The notes beneath the pieces are model-generated. The model searched no databases and was not told the DNA's origin. It saw only the letters and a list, made by a program, of their open reading frames with translations. The translations under genes were made by a program, and so were the position numbers. Below are positions 8,964-17,588 of a DNA stretch of 17,682 nucleotides, piece after piece (position 1 is the stretch's first letter; each line of letters starts with the position of its first letter). The stretch comes from Bdellovibrionales bacterium (lineage in GTDB: Bacteria; Bdellovibrionota; Bdellovibrionia; Bdellovibrionales; JAMPXM01). The stretch lies in assembly GCA_043739185.1 (NCBI GenBank), contig JAYUEN010000151.1, positions 1 through 17,682 on the forward strand. The letters run 5' to 3'.

Positions 8964-10772
8964 TTATCCCTTTTTAACCTCGGTTTTTTTCAACATCATT
9001 CCGAGTAGACCGTCAACGATGCCGCCGTTACTACCTGCCGCTCCGGTGACAGCAACATCAGGAACAATTCTTACACCACGCTCGCCTACGACCTGCATGA
9101 GTTGCAAAGCCATATAAGACTCCGAGCCAAGTGCTGTCACCCCAGCAAGGTAGGATTCAGCACGAGCCTTACCGGTGGCACGAATCGATTCAGCTTCACC
9201 TGCGGCCCGAAGTTTTAACGAGTCGCCTTCACCCGAAGCATTTAGACGTGCACTCTCGGCTTCGCCCGCAGCAGTTTTAATACGGGCGCTGGCCTGCAGC
9301 TCGGCAATGTCCACACCCTGCTCAGCCTTGACGACATCTTGTTGAATGTCGGCGATCGCCGTTTCTCGAACAAGCTCTTGGCGTTTCTTCTGGGCTTCTT
9401 GTTGAACCTCATACGTCAATTTTTGTTCTTCTGCGATTTTACGATCCATCTGAGTCTGCATGAGTTGCGCTGGTGGATTGATATCACCAATCAAAGTATC
9501 AATCGCTTGCACGTCATATGAGAGCAAAGCTTCGCGAATGTGTCCGGCCGCATCTTTTTGCCGAACGCTACGAGCACTTAAAAAATCGAGCACAGTAAAA
9601 TCTTGTGCTGAGTTCCTGAAGTAGTTCCCAACAATCGGCTCGAGCACATGGTCCACCAAGTTTTGCATCGAACCCACACGTGAAATCACTTTTGGACCGT
9701 CACTGGCACCAACGTGAATCACTTGTGAAACGTCGAGACTAAATGCAAAGCCGTCTCTTGATCGAACCGTGACCGATGAGAGTTTTGAATCATAGGTGTG
9801 AGCCTCAGAGCGGCTCGCCCAGTTCAAAACAATATTTGTTGTCGGAACAAGTTCAACTTTCATCACTCGTGAATTCAATGGATGTTTGCCGGGGTGAATT
9901 GGCATAACCCACACACCTTTGTGCCCTTGATTGACGAGATTGCCGTGTTTGAAATCTGCACCACTCACATCGGTATGTTCTTTACCGACATAGGAGATGA
10001 CGACTCCGACATATCCAATCGGGATTTCAGTCATCGGAACTTGTTCAACACGAATGAACCAAGGATTTAGATTCCAACATCCTGAAAGTAAAACCTGCTC
10101 CTGAAGACCGCGTCTTCCTCCTTTGCTCAAAAAATTTTGAGCGTTTTGAAAATTGTCGTGTCCTTCGATCACCCCACCTGCGATTTCGCCTTCAACAATT
10201 GGCGCTCCATCGAGAGTGGTGGCAATGCCAACCTTGTCGCGTGCCACTTCATAAACCACAAGGTCATCTGAATCGACACCATTTTCACTGGCATTCGCCC
10301 GAGTCACAACCTTAAATACGGATGTGTTGATACGATAAGTTCCGGCAGTAATAATTCCGAGTTGTCGACCTTTTTCTCCGCCGCCGCTTAAGAATTTGCG
10401 AGCACTTTGAAAATTATCGCAGTCCACAACTTGACCGAGGATGCGATCAGCGGGAATGGCGCGTCCATCAGCTGCGACGACCAGACCGATTTCACCCGGT
10501 TTGATGATCACGATTGGACGCTTTTCAACGCTGTACTTCCAGAACCATAGGCCGAAATACCATCCTGGCGCAAGAGTATCTGCTTGATAGCCGGCCTCGC
10601 CATCGAGTGCGATGAATCTTCCGTCCGACAAAGATTTGTCAGAGAATTTTTTCGCCACAATACCAACTTGGTACTGATTGATGACGACAAATCCAGCGTA
10701 AGTAATGATCCCTGCGACGGCCACGATTCCGCATATGAGATAAGCCCAATTTTGAATCAAAAATGATTCCAT
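8964..10772 (-). CDS. Large SPFH/band 7 (flotillin-like) membrane protein with four N-terminal repeats
   Basis: N-terminal TM helix, SPFH core (VRSRDGFAFSLDVSQVIH...YFRNSAQ...FLSAR), Ala/Glu coiled coil (AAGEAES twice), C-terminal VRIVPDV. Start ATG 10772 with RBS AAAGGAG, giving 602 aa. Confidence 0.88.
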   Translation of the reverse strand: MESFLIQNWAYLICGIVAVAGIITYAGFVVINQYQVGIVAKKFSDKSLSDGRFIALDGEAGYQADTLAPGWYFGLWFWKYSVEKRPIVIIKPGEIGLVVAADGRAIPADRILGQVVDCDNFQSARKFLSGGGEKGRQLGIITAGTYRINTSVFKVVTRANASENGVDSDDLVVYEVARDKVGIATTLDGAPIVEGEIAGGVIEGHDNFQNAQNFLSKGGRRGLQEQVLLSGCWNLNPWFIRVEQVPMTEIPIGYVGVVISYVGKEHTDVSGADFKHGNLVNQGHKGVWVMPIHPGKHPLNSRVMKVELVPTTNIVLNWASRSEAHTYDSKLSSVTVRSRDGFAFSLDVSQVIHVGASDGPKVISRVGSMQNLVDHVLEPIVGNYFRNSAQDFTVLDFLSARSVRQKDAAGHIREALLSYDVQAIDTLIGDINPPAQLMQTQMDRKIAEEQKLTYEVQQEAQKKRQELVRETAIADIQQDVVKAEQGVDIAELQASARIKTAAGEAESARLNASGEGDSLKLRAAGEAESIRATGKARAESYLAGVTALGSESYMALQLMQVVGERGVRIVPDVAVTGAAGSNGGIVDGLLGMMLKKTEVKKG

Positions 10773-10856
10773 AAAAACTCCTTTGAATATGGCGCGGCCT
10801 TTTCCTGCTTCCACAAGCAGGTTCACGCAAATTAATTTTTAAGGAGATCTCAAGGT

Positions 10857-10881
10857 AAGAAACGCGCTTTGAGTTCGCGCG
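10857..10881 (-). terminator. Putative riboswitch-controlled terminator
   Basis: Minus strand CGCGC-GAACTCAAA-GCGCG-TTTCTT, between the aptamer and the RBS. The stem is short and the U-tract is imperfect. Confidence 0.45.
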
Positions 10882-10904
10882 CTCCACGGATGGGATCGCC
10901 CTTC

Positions 10905-11035
10905 CAAATGCCGACGAGGTTAGCTGACGGGCGAGGTTATGGAAGTAACCCGAAGAGTTCTACATACTCTTCTTAGCCCCGATGGTTGGTTCCCCCGGAC
11001 GCCCATCCAGGAAGGGATGGGTGATTAGGCTGACT
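10905..11035 (-). ncRNA. c-di-AMP riboswitch (ydaO/yuaA class)
   Basis: Minus strand: GCCTAATC-[CCCATCC/GGATGGG stem]-GTCCGGGGGAACCA...CGGGGCTAA-[GAAGAGT/ACTCTTC stem]-[GGGTTA/TAACCT stem]-CGCCCGTCAGCTAACCTCGTCGGC. All hallmark conserved blocks of the class are present in order. Confidence 0.92.
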
Positions 11036-11042
11036 TAGGATC

Positions 11043-11070
11043 AGTATACTCCTGCTATTTTGAATTGCAA
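11043..11070 (-). promoter_or_regulatory. Sigma70-like promoter of the riboswitch-SPFH transcript
   Basis: -35 TTGCAA (11070-11065), 16-bp spacer, -10 TATACT (11048-11043). Predicted +1 near 11036, immediately before the aptamer. Confidence 0.65.
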
Positions 11071-11211
11071 ATTATCGAGATAACATACTGATATTGCTCA
11101 GTTAAATTAAACTCGCCAATTTAGCTTGAGGCTAGTTGAAAACACCATACGAATGGTGGGTCAAAGATTTGCTATTTGACCAGGACTCCGATGCAAGTAT
11201 TATTGAGACAA

Positions 11212-11628
11212 ATGAAATTTTTAATATTGACAGTTTTCTTGTCTCATTTGGGGCTCGCCTTGAACAACCGTACTGCAATTATCATAGATAGCAATTTTCC
11301 TACCGCGCTCGTGGGAGACAAAAGAGCAATTCCGTTTAAGCCGACGGAAAATCAGATCAAATTGATTGAGAAGAATCTTGCGGCTCTCTTAAAATCCAAA
11401 CATCCGAAAATCTTCAAGAAGCTCGCTTCTTACTATCGTCAGTACACAGGTTTGGAAATTGTAAATGATAAAAAAATAATTCGAGGCAACTTCCTATGCG
11501 AAATTGACAAGGATCGCTGGCTTAAGGAATGGATCATTACTTTTGACGGTGGTGACTGCTATTTCAATTTTACTTTTGAATTAGAGAAGTCTGAGATCAC
11601 TGATCTCTCGATTAACGGTGAGTCTTAG
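11212..11628 (+). CDS. Secreted hypothetical protein
   Basis: Signal peptide MKFLILTVFLSHLGLA from ATG 11212. YYRQYTG...NFLC...W...DGGDCYF pattern resembles a conserved uncharacterised family. Confidence 0.75.
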   Translation: MKFLILTVFLSHLGLALNNRTAIIIDSNFPTALVGDKRAIPFKPTENQIKLIEKNLAALLKSKHPKIFKKLASYYRQYTGLEIVNDKKIIRGNFLCEIDKDRWLKEWIITFDGGDCYFNFTFELEKSEITDLSINGES

Positions 11629-11685
11629 TTGCTCAGCAAAGATTTGTTACTGACCGACAATGATTATTGTTGTTAAACTTGTTAT

Positions 11686-11823
11686 ATGATTCATGTTCGG
11701 AACTTATCCTTTATTTTAATTCTTGGACTAGCGGGAGCGTGTTTGGGAAAAACTTTCGAATTCGATTCCTTTTCGACTGAGCAAGAGGTTCAATCGTATG
11801 CTGCTGACGAGGCAAGATTTTGA
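11686..11823 (+). pseudogene. 45-aa signal-peptide ORF, possibly a frameshifted remnant of a secreted protein
   Basis: MIHVRNLSFILILGLAGACLGKTFEFDSF... ends at TGA 11821-11823. Protein-like text (KILKACLGSYCDYSEML) continues in another frame. Confidence 0.3.
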
Positions 11824-12100
11824 AAGCTTGTCTCGGCAGTTACTGCGATTACTCTGAAATGCTTTGAATAAGCAACAAAAATCAAATCATTGGGCCTCGG
11901 ATGTGCCAATCCTAAGACTCATCAATATAAGTTCAACAGGATCGATTAAATCGCCGAAATTACAAGAAAAAAGTTAAAACCTTGAAGGGTTATGCGAATA
12001 ATTGGGGAGCCCTTATCGCCCAGCTTTATACTCAGTTTGCGCCAACTCCCTCCCATCTCTCTCTGACTGCGCATAGATCTTGAATTCTTAAAAACAGTAT

Positions 12101-13567
12101 ATGCTTTTAATTTTTAGACTCCTCTTAACTTTTCAATTATTTGGCAATGCGCTTGGAGCTGTGCCAGATAGGTGTGCTTTCTTTATTCAAAACTCACACC
12201 TGACCTATGCCTCAGAACTTTCAGCTTCCGAAAAAATCGCACGTATTAAGCAGGCCTCGGCTCCCGATCATAGTCCTTTTGGCCATCCAGAAAAAAGAAT
12301 TAAAATTGTAACCTCAGGTGAAAGAAAATATTTTACTGGTAACCTTGATCCATCTGCGATCGTTATCGATACAGCGGATCCATCCATTCCATTTTACTAT
12401 AATTGGGGCAACGGAAAATCAGAAATACGTGTATCTTTGTCTGACGGAGAATACCTCATTTATCCCGATCTCAAAACTTATGAACATGGAGGGCCAGGCC
12501 ACGTCGTTCGAGTGCGTTCTTTTTATAATAACGGAACTGAAATGAATGGAGCGAATGCGCCTCTTCCTTGGGACACGGAACTTTATATTTTACCAAATGG
12601 AGAAATGATCGGCCATGGAGGCGCAATCATCACTTCATCTCCGGGAGTTCCAACAGAAGAAGAAGGTCCTCGTCGTAGTCGTATGTGGGCGCATGTTGTT
12701 CGCGATGAGCTCCCAGATGGAAGCATCGATGAAAAGTGGTATTACAAAGCTTCGATCATACCGTTAGATGTACCTGTTGATAATGATTGGATCCAACCTC
12801 ACCACCATCATTCTTATGGCGGCACCGTTTTAAAAGACCAAAGCGGCACTCCGATATTAAACGCTAATGGCAATTATATTTACTTTTACGATATGGTGGA
12901 TCGACAGAAAGACAATCAACCATGGCGAACCTCTATTTACGTTAGCGAGATGGACTCCTCAATGCAACAACTCGTTGGCAAATCTCACCTTGTGCACGAC
13001 GGAATAAATCCTCGAACTAAAAAACCTTATCCCCTGGCAATGCGAACTTTTGGCGGCTCTCTTATTGAGGGCTTTCGTCCGCTCCTTCAAGCGACCTATG
13101 TATCACCAGGTCTCGTAAAACTTTCAAATGGCAAAGTTGTATCGCTTGATCAAGCAGAACTTGCTGGTACCGCGAGTCCGGGGGATTACGTTGCTCACTA
13201 TGGTATGGCTATGCTCTACAAGCCGCCGACACAGAAAATATTAAGTCGGTATCAAATGGTTGAAAATGAAAATGGAACAGATCTACGGGATCTTGCAAAT
13301 TTTTATCGAGACTATATGGGCCTCACCTGGGTGGGACGCGCCTCTCCTTATTACAATTCTGAAGTTGGTGCGTGGAGAATTGCATTTCACGCTATTCCAC
13401 TCACCCAATTTTCTCTAGGACAGCCAACCACAGGATGGCCCTCACCCGATGAAGCAAAAAAACTTCATCGACAAGTTCTTTGGTCGCCGATTTTAATTGA
13501 GCGCAATTCAAAGGGGCAATTCATTTTCACTCCAGATATTCCGGATCAAAAGAATAATCCCTTCTGA
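12101..13567 (+). CDS. Secreted protein, possibly a GH43-like five-bladed beta-propeller hydrolase
   Basis: Signal peptide. PWDTELY, YIYFYD..., SIYVSEMDSSMQQLVG and LIEG resemble GH43/clan F-J blade motifs. The CDS is solid; the function is tentative. Confidence 0.55.
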   Translation: MLLIFRLLLTFQLFGNALGAVPDRCAFFIQNSHLTYASELSASEKIARIKQASAPDHSPFGHPEKRIKIVTSGERKYFTGNLDPSAIVIDTADPSIPFYYNWGNGKSEIRVSLSDGEYLIYPDLKTYEHGGPGHVVRVRSFYNNGTEMNGANAPLPWDTELYILPNGEMIGHGGAIITSSPGVPTEEEGPRRSRMWAHVVRDELPDGSIDEKWYYKASIIPLDVPVDNDWIQPHHHHSYGGTVLKDQSGTPILNANGNYIYFYDMVDRQKDNQPWRTSIYVSEMDSSMQQLVGKSHLVHDGINPRTKKPYPLAMRTFGGSLIEGFRPLLQATYVSPGLVKLSNGKVVSLDQAELAGTASPGDYVAHYGMAMLYKPPTQKILSRYQMVENENGTDLRDLANFYRDYMGLTWVGRASPYYNSEVGAWRIAFHAIPLTQFSLGQPTTGWPSPDEAKKLHRQVLWSPILIERNSKGQFIFTPDIPDQKNNPF

Positions 13568-13871
13568 TTCTTTATATGGATCAAAGCTGTCCAGCTTATC
13601 AAGTTCCAATAGTACCGTGATCACCCCTTGTTCTTAACAAAATCAATGTATTAGTTTTTACGGTATAGCTTTACACGTCCGGAATTTTTAGAATTTGTAA
13701 ATGAAGCCTTGAGCCTTCTAATCAGATACCGTTACTTCAGAAAAATCGGTCATATCGATTAAAAACGAGCCTACAAAATACCGCGATTCCGCTATTTAGA
13801 TTCCCCTCTTGAACATCTGGAAAGTGAACTATACGATTATATTATCAAGGCCAAAGCGGAGACGGAGAATT

Positions 13872-14140
13872 GTGAGGCGGCTTGCATTAATTTACGTTTA
13901 CTTAATATGTTTTTGTTATGTCATACAGGCGGTAAGCATGAATAGTGGCCTTTTAGATGCCAAAGGTGAATCGATATTTACTGATAAATTTACGAACGCG
14001 TACAACACGGCAAGAACCGAAGTTACCGAAAAGAAATCTATAGCCCCTATCCTTGCCCTTCTAAAGAAGACTACAAAGCTAGAAGAAATTGCAGAGTTGC
14101 AACTTTCAATTGGGCTAATTTATAATCAGCAAACTGGAAT
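13872..14140 (+). pseudogene. Truncated secreted helical (TPR-like) protein
   Basis: GGAG RBS, GTG start, signal peptide RRLALIYVYLICFCYVIQA, helical IAELQLSIGLIYNQQTGI, then an abrupt switch to an unrelated beta-propeller sequence. The junction is approximate. Confidence 0.45.
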
Positions 14141-14370
14141 TGCTGCTTCTGACGTTTCACATATTTGTTTTTCAACTGGTTATAGTCTTTTTATTTCGAC
14201 CGACAGTGGTCAGAGCTTTGTCACTTATAATTTTCCATAGTCGGACCCCATTAATAGTTTAGCCTGGGATGCCTCTAATAATTCTATTTATGTTGGCTCG
14301 GCAAATGATGTAATTTATCGTACAAACGACGGCGGCCAGAGTTTTCAAAACATAACTCCTACTTCGGGTT
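14141..14370 (+). pseudogene. BNR/Asp-box beta-propeller gene fragment with in-frame TAG
   Basis: LFISTDSGQSF...NFP*SDPINSLAWDASNNSIYVGSANDVIYRTNDGGQSFQNIT: two Asp-boxes in one frame, either side of TAG 14238-14240. Confidence 0.75.
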
Positions 14371-14372
14371 CG

Positions 14373-14609
14373 CACCACGGGATGAGAAAGGCCCGTTACT
14401 GACTTCGGGCAAAGGTGCAGACCCAAGTTTACGTTATGGCGATCGTGCAAAACCTCAAAATACTGGCAGCAACAATCGCGAGCGACCTACTCACTCATTT
14501 ATTGGCACTGATCGACTCAAGACAAAAACCAACAATTTTCTTCGAGTGCCGGCTGACGTAAGTAAAATTCGAAAAAAAGCGAAAAAAATCGGCCCTATTC
14601 AACAGGCTC
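14373..14609 (+). mobile_element. IS1182-family remnant (transposase C-terminus plus right terminal inverted repeat)
   Basis: HHGMRKARY*LRAKVQTQVYVMAIVQNLKIL matches the IS1182/IS5-type DDE C-terminal motif (HG.R.ARYRG..KV..Q....A..QNLK.L). It ends in TATTCAACAGGCTC, which resembles IS1182 termini. Confidence 0.75.
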
Positions 14610-14654
14610 ATTTAATTGTTGACCCTGTTTTCAGGCTGATCGATTATTTCGGAA

Positions 14655-15212
14655 GTGACTTCTCATTTTAAATTTCTTGCACCGCTACTCTTATTGATGG
14701 GACTTTTGATCTCAGGAAGTTCCTTTGCAAGTGATCGGAGCCAAGTGAATAAATTATTTATTTTTGGTAAGGATGTTTTGGGAGAGAGTTTTTTTGACTA
14801 CGATAAGGCAAATAAATTTCGTCCGCCGAAACAACTCCAGTTTACTGTGGATGAAACCTGTGAAGTCGATACGAATCAAATCAACATCAAGGCTTATCTC
14901 ATTAACAATTTCCCTCGGGTCTTAGAGATAATTGTTTTTCCGGTCTCTGATCATTATCCATTCTCAGCTCATATTACGATGACAAAAGAAGTTATATGGT
15001 CAGACAAGGCTATTCCCAAATCCGCTCCAGTTCCTCCTCCGCCAATGACCATAAAAATCCCGGCGCATTCAAAAGTAGAATTTAAATATGGAATTGATAT
15101 TTCAGATCTGCTTTATAAAGGCACACCTAAGGTGGAGATAAAATGGGTTTTCAACTATTGGCGTGAGCCAAAGCCCACTGGAGTCATAAGTGTCGTTCTG
15201 CCTGCTCGATAG
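14655..15212 (+). CDS. Secreted hypothetical protein (beta-rich)
   Basis: Signal peptide ending SSFA; 185-aa ORF; start uncertain. Confidence 0.7.
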   Translation: MTSHFKFLAPLLLLMGLLISGSSFASDRSQVNKLFIFGKDVLGESFFDYDKANKFRPPKQLQFTVDETCEVDTNQINIKAYLINNFPRVLEIIVFPVSDHYPFSAHITMTKEVIWSDKAIPKSAPVPPPPMTIKIPAHSKVEFKYGIDISDLLYKGTPKVEIKWVFNYWREPKPTGVISVVLPAR

Positions 15213-15552
15213 TGGCTGATACTTTTTAAGGTCCAACAAGATTTTGTCTAACAAGCTTTTGAGTTCATGAACTCGGTTTTAACCGTCTCGACTGAGCGTA
15301 GTGTTTGAGAAAGGCTATCAAGATTCTCTGACATATATTAGCACCATGCCGAACCAGCCAACGCTAATCCCGACGAATAAAACCTCCGCTTGCAGAAAGC
15401 GGCGATACGGCGAGATGACATTTGTCTTTATTCACTCACAGGCGTTTTGTCGAAATCAAGTCCTCGCACATGGAGGCCGATACTCATGTTGGCTAAAGAA
15501 TTTATGGCTCTTTCTAAAGAAGCGTGCCATTCGGCTCACTAATTATGATTCT

Positions 15553-17241
15553 TCAAAGGCCTTGTCCAGAAATCAACTCACCATTTTCAAGCAAAGATAA
15601 AATTGAAACCTTCGTAAATACTGGGTCAAAATGGTAAACAAAGGTTCCCAGAGACATCAACGCTGATTCCGCGATTGTCGAACCTGAGTAATCTCCTGTG
15701 TAACGATTGTTTACGTAGGGCGCAACCAACATTAGTCGGCTCACGTTTCGATTTCGGCCGCTAACTCCACACGCAGCATCGTAAAGCGGCCGACCAAGGC
15801 TCGCTTCAATCGCGGCCCGATCTTGCATAATAACCCCATTAGCTGAGCTACTCACAGGATTACCCAAAAGCCCAGTCAGCGATGTTTGATCCGGATAGGC
15901 TCGTGAATAGGTATTACGAAGTAGCATCTGATACATTCTCATAGTTAGAGTATCGCAATGTGAATTCGTATCGTTTTGATCGGCATGGCTCGCACACTCA
16001 GGGTAGGTCGATGCATACCAACCTGTGGCCCCACCGCCGCTATCGACCTCGCAAAATTCTTCGTCATTGATAAGGCGGCCTGCACCCATCCAAATACTTT
16101 GAGCAGAGAGTATCTGAGTATTATAATTTTGCGAGCCATTGTGAGCGATTGACTGTATCGGCGAAGTGATAAAAATGTTTGACGTACTATAAATTCGACA
16201 ACCACTAATAGACTCCACAGTTGCATTTGAGAAGACCGTAGGTGCGCCGAGATAGAGATCTCCGTCGCACACCAGATGATTAATTACAAAAACTCTATTA
16301 ACAGCGTCGTAATTGAGGCCCGAAAGTGCAGGTGAACTTTGCGTATCTGGCAGGTAAACTTGAACCGCGCTGGGGTTTCCAAAAATCTCACGAATTCGAC
16401 TAGCCGTAGGAATCGAAATCTTCAACTCGGGTACTTCAATAACTTGTTCGCTTGAATTGATCGCCCCTTGACTAAATCGAGCCTTAATAAAATCTGCAAG
16501 CGAATTGACCGCGCTTGTAAAGTTAAATGATCCTAAAGAACTCTGGGGAACAGGGGCCGCCGGAACAATGATTTTACTATCTTGAAGCATTGAGAGAGTC
16601 GCCAGACCATTGTTGCTATTTGCGCGGTCCAAATAAAATGAGTCATTAGAGGAGCTATCGAAATACCAACTATTTCCGAATCCGTAGTCAGTAATTATGT
16701 TGGAGCTCACTTGAGAGTGGCATGTTATACAAGACATACCTCGAACAGCAAGTGCCGGCTGTATTGTGTTTAAGTTATTTCCGACAGTGATATTAATTTG
16801 ACCGGCAATATTATTGCCGTATGGATCAATCACGTACATTGGAGCTACATCAGAACCAACATAAGATTCATGGGGAGTGTATTTCATATTTCCATTTGAA
16901 TCGAGAATTTCAAAATGTCCATGGCCAGAGTCTAAACTCAAACTTGCTGTAGTCTTACTTAAGCTCAATGTCCCTACGTGAACGCCTCCGACGGTTCCTG
17001 CATTGAAACTAATAGCCTGATTCTTTTTTGTAGTCAGGTTGACCGCATCTAAAACTCTATTCGAGTAAGCCAATGTGGCAATATTATCTGCAGCCGGAGC
17101 AAAGTCGATTTTTGAACAGTTTTGAAAGCTTGTGACAGACAAAATAAAACCGATGATCACAGTGATTTTACTCAGTTTGAGATTTTTTAAAACCAAAACC
17201 CGGTATGAGTTGCTCATTTGTTTGACGTTTCTGAACCCCAT
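15553..17241 (-). CDS. Lipoprotein with Ig/cadherin-like domain and a single CxxCH motif
   Basis: RBS GGAG 6 nt before ATG 17241. Lipobox SFQNC, Big_9-like NGNMKYTPHESYVGSD...ITV, motif CITCH, Cys-rich C-terminal region. Confidence 0.8.
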   Translation of the reverse strand: MGFRNVKQMSNSYRVLVLKNLKLSKITVIIGFILSVTSFQNCSKIDFAPAADNIATLAYSNRVLDAVNLTTKKNQAISFNAGTVGGVHVGTLSLSKTTASLSLDSGHGHFEILDSNGNMKYTPHESYVGSDVAPMYVIDPYGNNIAGQINITVGNNLNTIQPALAVRGMSCITCHSQVSSNIITDYGFGNSWYFDSSSNDSFYLDRANSNNGLATLSMLQDSKIIVPAAPVPQSSLGSFNFTSAVNSLADFIKARFSQGAINSSEQVIEVPELKISIPTASRIREIFGNPSAVQVYLPDTQSSPALSGLNYDAVNRVFVINHLVCDGDLYLGAPTVFSNATVESISGCRIYSTSNIFITSPIQSIAHNGSQNYNTQILSAQSIWMGAGRLINDEEFCEVDSGGGATGWYASTYPECASHADQNDTNSHCDTLTMRMYQMLLRNTYSRAYPDQTSLTGLLGNPVSSSANGVIMQDRAAIEASLGRPLYDAACGVSGRNRNVSRLMLVAPYVNNRYTGDYSGSTIAESALMSLGTFVYHFDPVFTKVSILSLLENGELISGQGL

Positions 17242-17588
17242 ATTGAACTCCAAATCATATTACAAATCTCAGTATTTAAGAGTGCAATATGGGCACCTTG
17301 GTGGATACGTTCTTGTGCGAACTAGTTGAGTAGTTCGTTTGCAGCGTCTAACTAGTATTCGATATCTGAGTTTATCAATATGAGACGAATTGAATCTAAC
17401 TTTTTGAAATGCTATAGTTACCTAAATGAATTTCAAAGACCTTTTGAAATTGAAGCCCTTGACCCTCTTATTCAGGGCCACGTCACATGACCCACTATCA
17501 AGTGAGAAGAACTTAAGTTCAACGAACTGGTCGCAAATGATATGTGGATTTTAAAAAAGTAATTAAAATAAAATATTTAGAAGAAAAA

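Noticed and set aside
10773..10826. Longer 620-aa start for the SPFH gene
   Set aside because: ATG 10772 has a strong AAAGGAG RBS, and the extension runs through a leader hairpin.
5577..10887. Short ORFs overlapping the called genes (5577, 6497, 6735, 6805, 7421, 8124, 8795, 9339, 9882, 10508, 10584, 10639)
   Set aside because: They overlap better-supported genes or regulatory elements and lack protein-like features.
8891..11021. GGATGG/CCATCC shared by the riboswitch stem and the SPFH 3' terminator (possible 5'-3' UTR pairing)
   Set aside because: Only 6-7 nt, and each copy is satisfied by a local hairpin; chance is likely.
11143..11162. TGGTGGGTC as a second tRNA 3' remnant
   Set aside because: Only 9 nt, no T-arm similarity, and it is part of a small local hairpin (CACCAT-ACGA-ATGGTG).
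13570..13945. Protein-like frame with several stops (…SFTRPEFLEFVNEAL…HLESELYDYIIKAKAE…)
   Set aside because: It may be another decayed gene, but I recognise no family and cannot support it without blastx.
14238..14402. Stop-codon readthrough or alternative genetic code (in-frame TAG and TGA)
   Set aside because: Intact genes in the window end at TAA, TAG and TGA normally; nonsense mutations in pseudogenes explain the stops.
15261..15600. 14-bp palindrome GAGTTCATGAACTC and ORF 15301-15600
   Set aside because: A single palindrome in a convergent intergenic gap with no other copies seen; the ORF has no recognisable features and overlaps the lipoprotein gene end.
17132..17562. Small ORFs and partial TGAGAC-type motifs upstream of the lipoprotein gene
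   Set aside because: The ORFs are short and stop-interrupted; motif matches are too degenerate to support.
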